A stretch of DNA of 64,000 bases. Source: Nitrososphaeria archaeon. Lineage in GTDB: Archaea > Thermoproteota > Nitrososphaeria > JACIWG01. Where the stretch lies: contig JBEKIG010000013.1 of NCBI GenBank assembly GCA_050011875.1, positions 1-64,000 of the forward strand. Reading direction: 5' to 3'. The notes under the pieces were generated by a model. The model saw nothing but the letters and a program-made list of their open reading frames with translations, ran no database searches and was not told the origin of the DNA. This document shows positions 10,037-19,543 of this stretch, piece by piece. Within the stretch, counting starts at the first letter, position 1. The number at the start of each line of letters is the position of its first letter. The position numbers were made by a program, and so were the translations under genes.

Positions 10037-10605
10037 GTTCTCATCTTTCTAATTTCTCTGAACAGTCTTCTAAAGGGCTTCTTAGTGTAGGCTACTAAAA
10101 AGGCTAGGACAATACGTAGCAATCTCACATTTGCCTTGGCTAATATTTCGCCATCGAACCTTGTTTCTTGGAAGTCCGGCTCCAATGTAAAAGATAACCT
10201 CGAATCAACATCCAGTATAGAAAATAGAGCCCACATGTAACCATATAAAACCGCTGTGTCAGCTGGGCTGTCTAAACCGACCTTCAGGTGACAGGAGAGC
10301 ATCTTAAATGTAATGGATTTTCGTACAGCATTAAATAAATGAGTTAGTTGTGGAAATGAATCCCGTAAAGCTGAAATAACATCCAAAATTTTGGGTCTCT
10401 CAAACTTTGCGGCCACCTTCTTCCTTTCCGCAGTAGGCACAATCCTATGAATCATTGTAAGACGTAACCACTTAACTTTAAAGTCGCCCTTTATAGAAGG
10501 ACCTTTTTTAGAGAATTGTACGATAACCTGTAATGGTATAAGTAGAAAGCCTGCTATCAGTAGAAAAAAAATAAGTAGGATGACGGCGAGAACTTCGTAG
10601 ATCAA
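10033..10605 (-). CDS. DUF2953 domain membrane protein
   Basis: N-terminal TM; GLDSPADTAVLYG, EPDF motifs; adjacent to ytfJ as is usual for this family. Confidence 0.85.
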   Translation of the reverse strand: MIYEVLAVILLIFFLLIAGFLLIPLQVIVQFSKKGPSIKGDFKVKWLRLTMIHRIVPTAERKKVAAKFERPKILDVISALRDSFPQLTHLFNAVRKSITFKMLSCHLKVGLDSPADTAVLYGYMWALFSILDVDSRLSFTLEPDFQETRFDGEILAKANVRLLRIVLAFLVAYTKKPFRRLFREIRKMRT

Positions 10606-10625
10606 ATAGACCTATCTTTAATTCT

Positions 10626-11009
10626 TCACTCTTTCTTATGTTCCTCTTCTTTTTTGCTTTCTTTCATTTTATCCATCATTGAAGTTGCGATTTCGCCTAT
10701 CATCTTTCCGATCGGCCCTGGAGTTGAAATGTTCATGACTTTTATTCCTTCAGGTCCTGGGACTCCCTTGAATATGACTATTATTGAGGTGGGCACAACT
10801 CCTGTTCCTCCTCCTCCGCCACTTCCTTTACCACCTTCACCACGTTCCCCTTTTCCTTCACCCGATCCTGCGCCAAATCCAACTCCGAACTTCTTTAATG
10901 GAATAATTATCTTGTCCTCGAATTCCATTGGTTCGCCAACTACATTTTTTGTAGCTAACAGTTTAAGAAGTTCTTCGACCATCGTCTTTATGTTTTCTTC
11001 TGCGCTCAT
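10626..11009 (-). CDS. ytfJ: YtfJ/GerW family protein
   Basis: VVGEP..IIIP..GVGFGAGSGEG...GGGGG..P..IIVI. Confidence 0.85.
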   Translation of the reverse strand: MSAEENIKTMVEELLKLLATKNVVGEPMEFEDKIIIPLKKFGVGFGAGSGEGKGERGEGGKGSGGGGGTGVVPTSIIVIFKGVPGPEGIKVMNISTPGPIGKMIGEIATSMMDKMKESKKEEEHKKE

Positions 11010-11105
11010 AGAAATCTTAATTTATTAGAATGTTGGCTTTTATTTAAGTATTGCAAAATAGCTTCCAGTAACTCTCCGAACTCTGCGTCATCAAGAATAT
11101 CACAA

Positions 11106-11921
11106 CTATCTCTTTTGGTGTGTAAGGCCTACAACTTTGGCAGAGAGCTTCCATACCACTTTGGTTATGAATTGTCTGTCGTTCGTTTCAAAATGAGCGA
11201 AGGAATCGGAGTCGCAGTGACCCAAAGACAAGCCGATATTATCACCGTCACGACGATCAAAACGAAATGCATCGACAGAATTAGCCACCCTAACAACAAA
11301 GGTCGACAGAATAGTGAGGGGGGCTCGAAAGTATTTAAAGTTCCAAAATGACAAATAGAGAATGCCATAAAGAATATAAAGCTCGGGATAAGTAGCCCAA
11401 AAAACAATTATTCTCTGTTCGCCTGCTAAGGCAGCATAATCATATGGATAATACGTCAAAAAATATATCCACCAAGAAACCACAAGAATTGAAGCAATTA
11501 AAGTACGCCGATTAAAGCTTAAAAATTTCCCCAAGCCATATGTTTTGAAAATCCATAGTAAAATTAATGAAAGTAAAATCAAACGCCAAAGTAAGCCGAA
11601 CCAATATGTTAGCCAACTCCAAGACGGAGCATTACCAGTTATCATAGAGGGGTGGGTTGCAACTTCTACAACTTGGAAAATATAATCAAAATACTGATGA
11701 AAAGTATATACAATTAATGCACTTACTATTAGGTTCAAAAAGACCAAAGAGACGACTACTAGCGTCTTCTTACTTGAATTTTTAAATGGATTGATTCTCG
11801 GTAAAAAAGCATAGGTTATAAAGGTTAAGCAAACTAACCATAGGAAGCCTACTATGTTTGCTCTCTTTCCGTATAACTGGATGAAGGGAATTGTATTATA
11901 GAGCCAAAGAATGATATTCAA
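11106..11921 (-). CDS. Multi-pass membrane protein, unknown function
   Basis: About 6 hydrophobic segments in a 271 aa ORF. Confidence 0.55.
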   Translation of the reverse strand: MNIILWLYNTIPFIQLYGKRANIVGFLWLVCLTFITYAFLPRINPFKNSSKKTLVVVSLVFLNLIVSALIVYTFHQYFDYIFQVVEVATHPSMITGNAPSWSWLTYWFGLLWRLILLSLILLWIFKTYGLGKFLSFNRRTLIASILVVSWWIYFLTYYPYDYAALAGEQRIIVFWATYPELYILYGILYLSFWNFKYFRAPLTILSTFVVRVANSVDAFRFDRRDGDNIGLSLGHCDSDSFAHFETNDRQFITKVVWKLSAKVVGLTHQKR

Positions 11922-12099
11922 TTCAAATCATCCTATCGGTGCAGTTTCATATTAATTGCTATTTAATGGTTAGCAACACTAGTAGAGCCGAATGTTCAAG
12001 GGTTACCTCTCCGTCGGATTTGGTCTATTCACAGTTCTGTTCACCGTCGACCTTCGAGGAACGATTTTTTAGCCCAGAATCATGCGAAAGTGGGAAAGT

Positions 12100-12250
12100 A
12101 AAGCCTCAGCAGATTTTTGAAAATACCATAGCTGCGCTTTTTGCTATGGGAGGTTACTCGGTTGTACGACTTAACGGAGACGAACAATTACATAATTCGA
12201 AGACAAAGACTGAGATTGGAAGCGTCGATCTGCCGGCACTAAAATATTAA
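12100..12250 (+). pseudogene. Fragment resembling a PD-(D/E)xK restriction-endonuclease-like domain
   Basis: QIFENTIAALFAMGGYSVVRL...GSVDL resembles FE..VA.LF...GY.V....G.VD; stops before the E-x-K motif. Confidence 0.35.
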
Positions 12251-12743
12251 ATGTTCTTTTTGATTTCTCCTTATTTGGTATCTGCACCTATGTGCTAACC
12301 CCCACCGGGTTCACTTAGATTGATTATCTGCATTATCTTTCTACAATCTGCATACTAAACTTCCACAGTCGTACCTGCGTCTTCTTGTGATAGGTTATCC
12401 ATGCAAATGAAACCCAAAAATAAATGTTAACTTAGCTTAGGGACAGAGACTATGTGAAAACTAGTTTCAATTTCAGAAAATTGCTAAGTTTACGGCTATT
12501 ATGTAGGGTGTCAGGACGTATTTTTAGATATAAGACGCAATTTCTAAAACTAAATTTGAGTTTTCACACACTCTCGACAAGCCAGCGCGCAGTTCTGAAC
12601 CGAGAGGTAGCAGAAAATATCAGAAGGCCAAATAAAGCTGTCTCACCAACATTCTTCAAACATAATAAAGGGACAAGGCAGCAAAGAAAAAGCATAAAAA
12701 GCTTTTATACTAAAAAAGACGATAAAAAATAGAGAAAAAAACG

Positions 12744-13400
12744 ATGACTCTAGAATCAAATAAAACCTTAGGCGGCATAGGTGCAATACTGTTGTTCATC
12801 GGACTTGTACCGTATGGTGAACCATTTACAGCAATAATTGCACTTGTGGGTTTGATACTGGTTTTAGTTGCTCTAGATGGTTTTGCAAACATCTACAAGG
12901 AAAGAGGAATATTCAACAATTCCATATACGGAATAATCGCAGGCATAGTGGGCGCAGTAATTGCAGGCGTTGTGGCTGTTGTTGTAGTTTTAACCACGCT
13001 AAAAAATTTCCTATACCAAATCTTTCCAGGCTGGAATGGCGACTGGTTAAAGCTTCCAGGATTAACCCCGAACACTTCGAACATAACCGTAAGTGCTGTC
13101 TTGCCTTTACTAGAAGGACTACTTTTAGCATTTGTTGTCCTGTGGATTTTCATAATAATTGTAGCTTTCTTTGTCAGACGATCACTAAACATTCTTTCAG
13201 CAAAAACAGGCGTAGGTTTATTCTCAACTGCAGCACTGCTGCTATTCATTGGCGCAATTCTAACAATAATTCTCTTAGGCATCCTTCTAATGTGGATCGC
13301 TGTAATATTAATTGCAATTGCCTTTTTCCAAATAAAACCGCAACCAGAACAGCCTGTAACAACAATGACACCTCAACCCTCAACGCCGACAACGGTGTAA
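12744..13400 (+). CDS. DUF996 domain membrane protein
   Basis: KTLGGIGAIL, IFNNSIYG, TGVGLFSTAALL..IGAILTII..IAFF. Confidence 0.85.
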   Translation: MTLESNKTLGGIGAILLFIGLVPYGEPFTAIIALVGLILVLVALDGFANIYKERGIFNNSIYGIIAGIVGAVIAGVVAVVVVLTTLKNFLYQIFPGWNGDWLKLPGLTPNTSNITVSAVLPLLEGLLLAFVVLWIFIIIVAFFVRRSLNILSAKTGVGLFSTAALLLFIGAILTIILLGILLMWIAVILIAIAFFQIKPQPEQPVTTMTPQPSTPTTV

Positions 13401-13570
13401 AAGCCAACAAACAACTTTTTTTATTTTGCGTTCTTACAGCAAATGCGATTGCATAGCAATATAGCTCATAAATCTATCCATATATTAAAAAACATGGTGA
13501 TATTTTAGTGTAAACAAATTCTTGAAGCTAAAAAAATGGGAACTCATCTTTGGAACAGGCAAGATAAGTC

Positions 13571-14344
13571 TTATTGTGTACCAACTACGTTGACCGTTGT
13601 CTTTATCGTAAGGTTTTCGCCTGTAACTCCGATTATTAGTGTGTACGTTCCAGGTGTTATGTTTACGTTAAAATGTGTGTCTGTTGCTGCTTGCCAGTAG
13701 AGAGTACCTATCTGTCCCTGAAGACCAGGCTGAGGCGTTTGGGTCGAGTGCCCAAGCTGATACGCTAACCCCTTGACCTGCTGGTTTTGGGAATTAAAAA
13801 CATCCAACTCCACGTACGAGGCGTTGACCTCCTGTGCCCCTGTCAGATTGAAGCGTACCCCAAGGTAACCGTTAGGATTCACAGACGTACCTGAAAGTGT
13901 AACCTCCAGTTTCAGCCCTGAGGTTTCGTTGGTCAGCGTTGGACCGAGGAACTCGGCGGGTGGCGAAGTTGTAGTGGTCGTCGAAGTAGTCGTGGATGAA
14001 GGGGTTGGAGTTGAGCCGTAAACATAGGGCAGAACCATTACGGTTGCTATCACGAGAACCGCCAGTACTATTACGACCGTGAGAATTATTGCATTTTTTG
14101 AGTTTTTCTTGTTACCAATAAGAACAAACTCGTAAGCGGACAGGGAGCCGAAGGTTAGAGTAAGCACTACAAAAGTAGCCAACAACACGTTTAGATTTAT
14201 AGGGGACATAATGCTTGGGTTCTTTATACTTGGGTTCTTTAGGTGTTGAATTAGAGAGAATTCAGAGAATGATATGGAGTCGAATATTATCGTCAACACT
14301 GCAAAGGTCACCAACAACATGTTTCTTGTCTTCGAAGATGGCAT
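13571..14344 (-). CDS. Membrane-anchored surface protein (stacked N-terminal anchors, Thr linker, Ig-like domain), directly downstream of the regulator
   Basis: Three hydrophobic segments, TTTSTTTTT linker, GLKLEVTL...PGTYTLII; starts 4 bp after the regulator stop codon. Confidence 0.7.
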   Translation of the reverse strand: MPSSKTRNMLLVTFAVLTIIFDSISFSEFSLIQHLKNPSIKNPSIMSPINLNVLLATFVVLTLTFGSLSAYEFVLIGNKKNSKNAIILTVVIVLAVLVIATVMVLPYVYGSTPTPSSTTTSTTTTTSPPAEFLGPTLTNETSGLKLEVTLSGTSVNPNGYLGVRFNLTGAQEVNASYVELDVFNSQNQQVKGLAYQLGHSTQTPQPGLQGQIGTLYWQAATDTHFNVNITPGTYTLIIGVTGENLTIKTTVNVVGTQ

Positions 14345-14348
14345 TATC

Positions 14349-14771
14349 TTACATCTTCTTCAGCGCTCTAATCACTTCATACAGTGATGTTGCAACCCCT
14401 ACCAAGCACACCGCTAAAGCGAAACCATATGTGGACGTTATCTGAGGCGGCCTCAGATAGGTTAACAGAATCAGAAATGCTACAGCGAAGAACGCCATGT
14501 ACGCCGTCTGGAATGGTATAAGCGTCCTCCTCACCCTGACTATGTTCTCAAAAACAACCTTATCCACCACATAGCCTTTGTCCTGTTCTCTGATGAGCCC
14601 AGCCTCGAGAAGCTTGTTGACGTGATATGATGCAACGGACGAGGAGCCGAACCCAAGGCCCTCCTGCACGCCACTGATACCTACAGGCTTTCCCTCCTTG
14701 AATATGAAACGGTAAACTCTGAGAGTAGTACCCCTCAAAACCTTTGCTTCATCCTCTTCCTTCGCAGCCAA
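14349..14771 (-). CDS. Winged-helix transcription regulator with two C-terminal TM helices, copy 1
   Basis: LRGTTLRVYRFIF..P.G.S.VQ..LG..SSSVASYHVNKLLEAGLI..GYVV followed by two hydrophobic helices. Confidence 0.85.
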   Translation of the reverse strand: MAAKEEDEAKVLRGTTLRVYRFIFKEGKPVGISGVQEGLGFGSSSVASYHVNKLLEAGLIREQDKGYVVDKVVFENIVRVRRTLIPFQTAYMAFFAVAFLILLTYLRPPQITSTYGFALAVCLVGVATSLYEVIRALKKM

Positions 14772-14818
14772 CAGTCTTCAACCTTATGATAAACGATAAC
14801 ATATTAAGTCTTACCAAA

Positions 14819-14853
14819 TTCTAAAATTAGAAGAACGCTTTCTAAAATTAGAA
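14819..14853. promoter_or_regulatory. Tandem palindromic operator TTCTAA-AA-TTAGAA x2 (14819-14832, 14840-14853)
   Basis: Two exact copies 21 bp apart in a divergent promoter; same motif at 56480-56525. Confidence 0.75.
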
Positions 14854-14922
14854 AACTGCGCTTTCCCGTCTTTCTATTAATAGCGCTATATCCAGGTTTA
14901 TGCGTACTGGCTGACGAGCACA

Positions 14923-15756
14923 ATGTCGGAATATAAAAGGCAGATAGTTGTAGGAGTTTTCGTAGCTGCTGTAATAGCGTTGGTTCTAGCAGGAGGAGCA
15001 ATCTACCTCCTTCCACTGCAACCCATGCGGACGACATCCACAACACTTATCACTCCTACAACTACAGCTACAGGCACAGCTACAACAACTGCTACAGGAA
15101 CTTACAGTAGTACATCTACGTTTGGTGGTTCACCTACTACTACACCGTCAACTTCGTCTGGTACGACGATTACTCTCGGTCCCCCTTATACATCTGTTAC
15201 AACTATTACTACTGCAGGTACGACTACACCTATTACAATTACGTTCACTCCTACGATTACATCTATTACATCTACAGCTGGAACAGCTACTACAAGTGGT
15301 TCTACGACTATAACGTCCGGACCTACTGTAACTGTTACTGTGACAGAAATATTAGGTACTGTGGTATCGCCTGGAACTACTGAAACAGTTACTGTGACAG
15401 AACAAGTTGGCACTGCGACTGAGACCGTGACAACAACTGAGACACAAGGTTTAACGACAACTGTAACATCAACCACAACAGTAACAAGTGTAGGAGGGCT
15501 TGAAATAACAAACGCCTATGCTAATAGCACGACTCAGGTGGTTGTAAGCGTCATGAACACAGGGAGCACAGACCAGACCATTACAGGCATACTCGTAAAC
15601 GGAAAATCTCTTTCAAGCGTGAACGGTGGCACTTCAAACCCAAGCCTACCTATCAAGGTGGCAGCGAATGCATCGCTAACCATCAACCTAACCTTCAGCT
15701 CTCCACTATCATCGAACACAATATATTTCGTAACAATTCAAACCAGCACAAGTTGA
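14923..15756 (+). CDS. Membrane-anchored Thr-rich stalk protein with C-terminal pilin-like/Ig-like head, copy 1
   Basis: MSEYKRQI + TM, about 150 aa Thr-rich stalk, head LEITNAYA..V.NTG.TDQTIT.ILVNG..LSSVNGGTSNPSLPI. Confidence 0.8.
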   Translation: MSEYKRQIVVGVFVAAVIALVLAGGAIYLLPLQPMRTTSTTLITPTTTATGTATTTATGTYSSTSTFGGSPTTTPSTSSGTTITLGPPYTSVTTITTAGTTTPITITFTPTITSITSTAGTATTSGSTTITSGPTVTVTVTEILGTVVSPGTTETVTVTEQVGTATETVTTTETQGLTTTVTSTTTVTSVGGLEITNAYANSTTQVVVSVMNTGSTDQTITGILVNGKSLSSVNGGTSNPSLPIKVAANASLTINLTFSSPLSSNTIYFVTIQTSTS

Positions 15757-16685
15757 TCCAAAGGAGTAATGATACGATCAAACAATCGGTCGATAAAAGC
15801 TCCTATAAGATAGCTTTTGTCGCCCTTATAGTTACAGCTGCAGTTGTTGGAAGTACTATCTACTCTAACCCAACATTATTCAAAAGTTCAACAATCACTT
15901 CAACAATGACTACAACGACAACGAAAACTCAGTATATAACTACCGATAAGAATGTGTATAATGTTGGTGATACTTGTCATTGGACGGCAACAGGTCTGAT
16001 TTCAGGCACAACCTATTCGATTTACTGGTCTGAATATTTTTCAAACTCCCAAAGTTACTACTCTCTTAGCACTTGGAATGCTACCTCATCTTCGATGATA
16101 GGTACTTTTACTGTTACAAACGACATGCAAGGAGGCGGAGATCTAATATTAAACGAAGGTTATGGAGCTTCTCCAGACGCAAACATCGTTATTTGGATTA
16201 ACTCGCTATCATCAACAACTTCTATATCTACCATTCCGATAACAACTACAACAGGAACAACTACTTCTAATATTACTTCCGGAACCAATACTACGACAAC
16301 CGTAATTTCAGTGCTGAATGTGTCCAGCTTAATCTCATCCGATGAATCGTTAAACGCTGTGATGGAGTTCCAGGGATGGAACGCTACCCAAATGGCATCC
16401 TATGGAGTTTATACACAGCTTAGATACCTGAAAGAAGAAAATGGATGGCTCAACATATACACGGTCGACCCTAATACGACTAAAATATTGAGTTTGGAAG
16501 CGAGCGAATCTCTTCAGATTCCTGACCCCACAGTAAAACTGCCGGGGTACTTTTGGTTCATAGACATTAACGCAGATGTAAAAACAGTTGCACCAGGCAA
16601 CTTTCCAGAGGCAGGTACATATTACGACTTCTGGGTAGACGCCGTTAACGCCACAGTAGTGTACTCAGAAGGGCCGGTCCCGTAG
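15753..16685 (+). CDS. Membrane-anchored surface protein with Thr linkers and an Ig-like domain
   Basis: TM anchor, TTDKNVYNVGDT Ig-like start, C-terminal FWVDAVNATVV; overlaps the upstream stop codon. Confidence 0.7.
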   Translation: MIQRSNDTIKQSVDKSSYKIAFVALIVTAAVVGSTIYSNPTLFKSSTITSTMTTTTTKTQYITTDKNVYNVGDTCHWTATGLISGTTYSIYWSEYFSNSQSYYSLSTWNATSSSMIGTFTVTNDMQGGGDLILNEGYGASPDANIVIWINSLSSTTSISTIPITTTTGTTTSNITSGTNTTTTVISVLNVSSLISSDESLNAVMEFQGWNATQMASYGVYTQLRYLKEENGWLNIYTVDPNTTKILSLEASESLQIPDPTVKLPGYFWFIDINADVKTVAPGNFPEAGTYYDFWVDAVNATVVYSEGPVP

Positions 16686-17072
16686 TATAAATGTAATCAA
16701 AGATAAAGGATAGAAAAAAGTACTTCTTTCTGCCTCCATTTTTACACCCTTCTAAAGATGCGACACGAACAGAGACTAAAGGTTTCCAATTAAAAACTAA
16801 TCTAACTCCCTTTTTTCGGGAGCATGCCAAAAATAATACATGTTATCATGCCACTAATCTTGGAAATTGTCAAAACAATAAAAAAGATTTAGAACTAAGC
16901 CAAATGCATTTATTAATAAGATGGATAATTATTATTTTTAAAACATTTCTTTTAATAATTTATTCAATATCTAAAAGCTCGATATTAATAACAATATATC
17001 TGAATTTTGTTAATATTGGTTATATTAACCAGAAAACTTAATAACTTTCTACCCATATCTAATACAGTTTAA

Positions 17073-17537
17073 TTGAATAATCAAACATTAAGGAGTGCCA
17101 GAACTTATGCTTTCATCGGGTTCATATTTTACCTGCTAGCTACCGCAGCTGGTTTCATAGGCTTATTCGTCATTGGCTTATTTATCTACGTACCTATAGC
17201 CTTGCCCTACATCTTGATAGCTATAGTCTTCTTGCTGCTGTCCATCCCAGGAATAATACTGACGATTTTTGCATGGATGACGGTGAAAAATATTGAAGTG
17301 GGGAAATATGTTCAAGCGCGCACCTACAGCCTAATACTCGGAATAATAGGTCTATTCTTCGGCGCCATAATCGGCGGCATCTTCTTCCTTCTCGCCTACG
17401 CAAACCTAGGTGAATCGATGACACCTCCGATGGCGGTCCAACCTTTACCTCAGAGATTCTGCGTAAACTGCGGCAGAGCTGTAGTAGCCCCTAACACAAA
17501 ATATTGCGCCTACTGTGGAAAAGAGCTGCCTCCATAG
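17073..17537 (+). CDS. Membrane protein with C-terminal zinc ribbon
   Basis: Three to four TMs then FCVNCG..KYCAYCG. Confidence 0.8.
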   Translation: MNNQTLRSARTYAFIGFIFYLLATAAGFIGLFVIGLFIYVPIALPYILIAIVFLLLSIPGIILTIFAWMTVKNIEVGKYVQARTYSLILGIIGLFFGAIIGGIFFLLAYANLGESMTPPMAVQPLPQRFCVNCGRAVVAPNTKYCAYCGKELPP

Positions 17538-17839
17538 AGAAGCCTGCAATTTAAAACGCCTGGAGGCGACCTAATGAACTTCCACTCATCTTGTGCATCA
17601 GACGGAATATCTTATGCTGTGCTTGGTAGAGATACGATATTTTTGAAATATGATGTGACATTTAGAGAACATATGGAACAAATTGTTTTTAAATCTTGTA
17701 AGACAAATGAAAATACATTTAATCGCAGTGTTTTTAAAAGGAAATGAAACGTTAAATTTGTTGTTCGACAATTAAATCCTAAAAGAAACCTAACCGATGC
17801 AGGAAAAAGCAGGACGATTGAGGGATGCGGAAGGTTAAC

Positions 17840-18340
17840 TCAAGGATTGCCAACATTCCGCCGTGATGACATCCTCTTGGCGATCCACCTAATGAGTAGC
17901 ATGGACGCTCCCATGAACAGCGAAATAAAAGATCCCTGCCCTATGGAGTAGCCAAGAGACTGGCCAAGGTAAAGGTATGAAACCACTCCGAAAGAAATGA
18001 AGGCAGATATCATCCAGATCAGGATGAACACGTTGGAGATGGAGTTGGCGACCCCAGTCTTCCTCTGACCCGCTTGGTCTCTAGCAGCTGCACTCGTCTC
18101 TATGATTCGGACCGCCACCAAGGCTTCCTTCCCTTCATCGGAAAGCCGATAGTTCCCTTCAGGATCGAGGACAATCAACCCTTCCAGTTTCTTCAGGTGG
18201 TAGTCCAGGTTGCCGCTGCTTGAGATTCCCAGCTTATTCTTCAGCTTTCCAAAGCTCAGGGGAGTGGACTCAAGAACTTCCAGAACCCTGATTCGCGTAG
18301 GATGAGCGATCTTCTCAAAGAGCTCGGCTGAGCTGGACAT
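17840..18340 (-). CDS. ArsR-type winged-helix regulator with two C-terminal TM helices
   Basis: FEKIAHPTRIRVLEVL..LSFGKLK..LGI.SSGNLDYHLKKL..G.Y.LS.EG, then two TMs. Confidence 0.85.
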   Translation of the reverse strand: MSSSAELFEKIAHPTRIRVLEVLESTPLSFGKLKNKLGISSSGNLDYHLKKLEGLIVLDPEGNYRLSDEGKEALVAVRIIETSAAARDQAGQRKTGVANSISNVFILIWMISAFISFGVVSYLYLGQSLGYSIGQGSFISLFMGASMLLIRWIAKRMSSRRNVGNP

Positions 18341-18388
18341 TGCCTCTCGGGGTGCTCTACGGTCCGAAGCTATTTAATTCCTCCATCC

Positions 18389-18403
18389 TTGACCAGAAGT
18401 CAA
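18389..18403. promoter_or_regulatory. Palindrome TTGAC-N5-GTCAA upstream of the TATA box of the ArsR-TM gene
   Basis: TTGACCAGAAGTCAA about 12 bp from TATTTAA (18371-18377). Confidence 0.45.
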
Positions 18404-18555
18404 CAGTTCGAGACGAGTGATTGGAATCGTTTAGAGTTTCGAATATCTTTTGCTGCTGGAGAATTGCGAACATAGCAACCATATATTAGTTCTCTTTACT
18501 GATATTGGGATTATGGGGCTTTTCAACTTTTATTTCTAGACTTGTCAGAGGGCGA

Positions 18556-18870
18556 TCATGGTGCGTGAGAAGGTCGGTGTAATTCTGCAATCCTGCCCCC
18601 GTTAAGAAGCAACCAGTATCCTAAAACCACATACAGCATACCAACGAATGGGAAAAAAACTGCTATCAAAAACAATGTTAGCCTAGATACAGTAAAAATA
18701 AGGAGAACTAAAAATGGCAATAGAAGAAATGTATCTAATAAGCTATTTTGCATAAAAGGATACCATATTTGTCTTTCGGCAAAAAAAGAGAGAATAAAAA
18801 TCACTCCAAAGACACCGGAAACCATAAAGTAAACACCAACAAGTCTTAATGCTAAGCTTGTTACGCTCAT
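18556..18870 (-). CDS. Small multi-TM membrane protein
   Basis: Three hydrophobic segments. Confidence 0.55.
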   Translation of the reverse strand: MSVTSLALRLVGVYFMVSGVFGVIFILSFFAERQIWYPFMQNSLLDTFLLLPFLVLLIFTVSRLTLFLIAVFFPFVGMLYVVLGYWLLLNGGRIAELHRPSHAP

Positions 18871-19115
18871 CTACTTTTTACACCCCTTTTACTTGCCATT
18901 TTAATACCGCCAACCTTTTATTAAAAGTTAATTTGGTCCACATTCAAATCCAACTGACTTATCCGCATTTACATTCACATTCGAATTCAAAGCTTGCTCC
19001 CAGTGTGTTTAGGTTTGGGATTAAATTTTAATTTCCTTTCCTTCCTACTACTTAGATTAACCACATAAAGATAAATAGAAAGACATCACATCCACAATAA
19101 TCTAGCTTAGAGAGG

Positions 19116-19319
19116 TCACTTCTTTTCGTTTAGATGCACCGTAGAGATCCCTGTAAGCAAGAAAAGCCAACAATACATCAAGCTCAAATAAATTATAAAC
19201 CATGAGTTTTGTCTAATTATGTCGCTTAATGATGCCCCAAGACTACCCACAGCAATAGCAGTCATGACCCATAGTATTGTGGTTCGTGAATTAACCCATC
19301 GTCTGTCAAGTTTTACCAT
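19116..19319 (-). CDS. Small two-TM membrane protein
   Basis: Two hydrophobic segments; TATA-like TTTAAAT about 25 bp upstream. Confidence 0.5.
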   Translation of the reverse strand: MVKLDRRWVNSRTTILWVMTAIAVGSLGASLSDIIRQNSWFIIYLSLMYCWLFLLTGISTVHLNEKK

Positions 19320-19543
19320 AATAAATAATCAGAGCTCGATTTTATTTAAATCTTCTTTCCTAGACCAATTATCTTGATCTGTCTAGAATATTGGACTTCA
19401 ATCAATTCATTACTTGGTTCCCTTCCAGCCATGTCCTTGCCCTTAGTAGCTAATTTTATTTCCTTCAAACACCTGGAAAGGTCGTCTGCCTAGTTAGAAT
19501 TATTACCTTCATAGATCTCGGACTTCTCCGACCAGTGGCACAC

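Noticed and set aside
12523-12548. TTTAGATATAA...TTTCTAAA resembling an archaeal dif site
   Set aside because: Only one arm matches; the second arm and the 6 bp spacer geometry do not fit
15030-15490. Thr-codon (ACN) periodic DNA and open antisense Val-rich ORFs (also 44416-44661, 56761-57018)
   Set aside because: By-product of Thr-rich linkers, not an array or antisense gene
17788-17840. attC-like ends (..TTAAC / GTTAGGT) after the ArsR-TM stop codon
   Set aside because: Inverse core is imperfect and the interior has no inverted-repeat pairing
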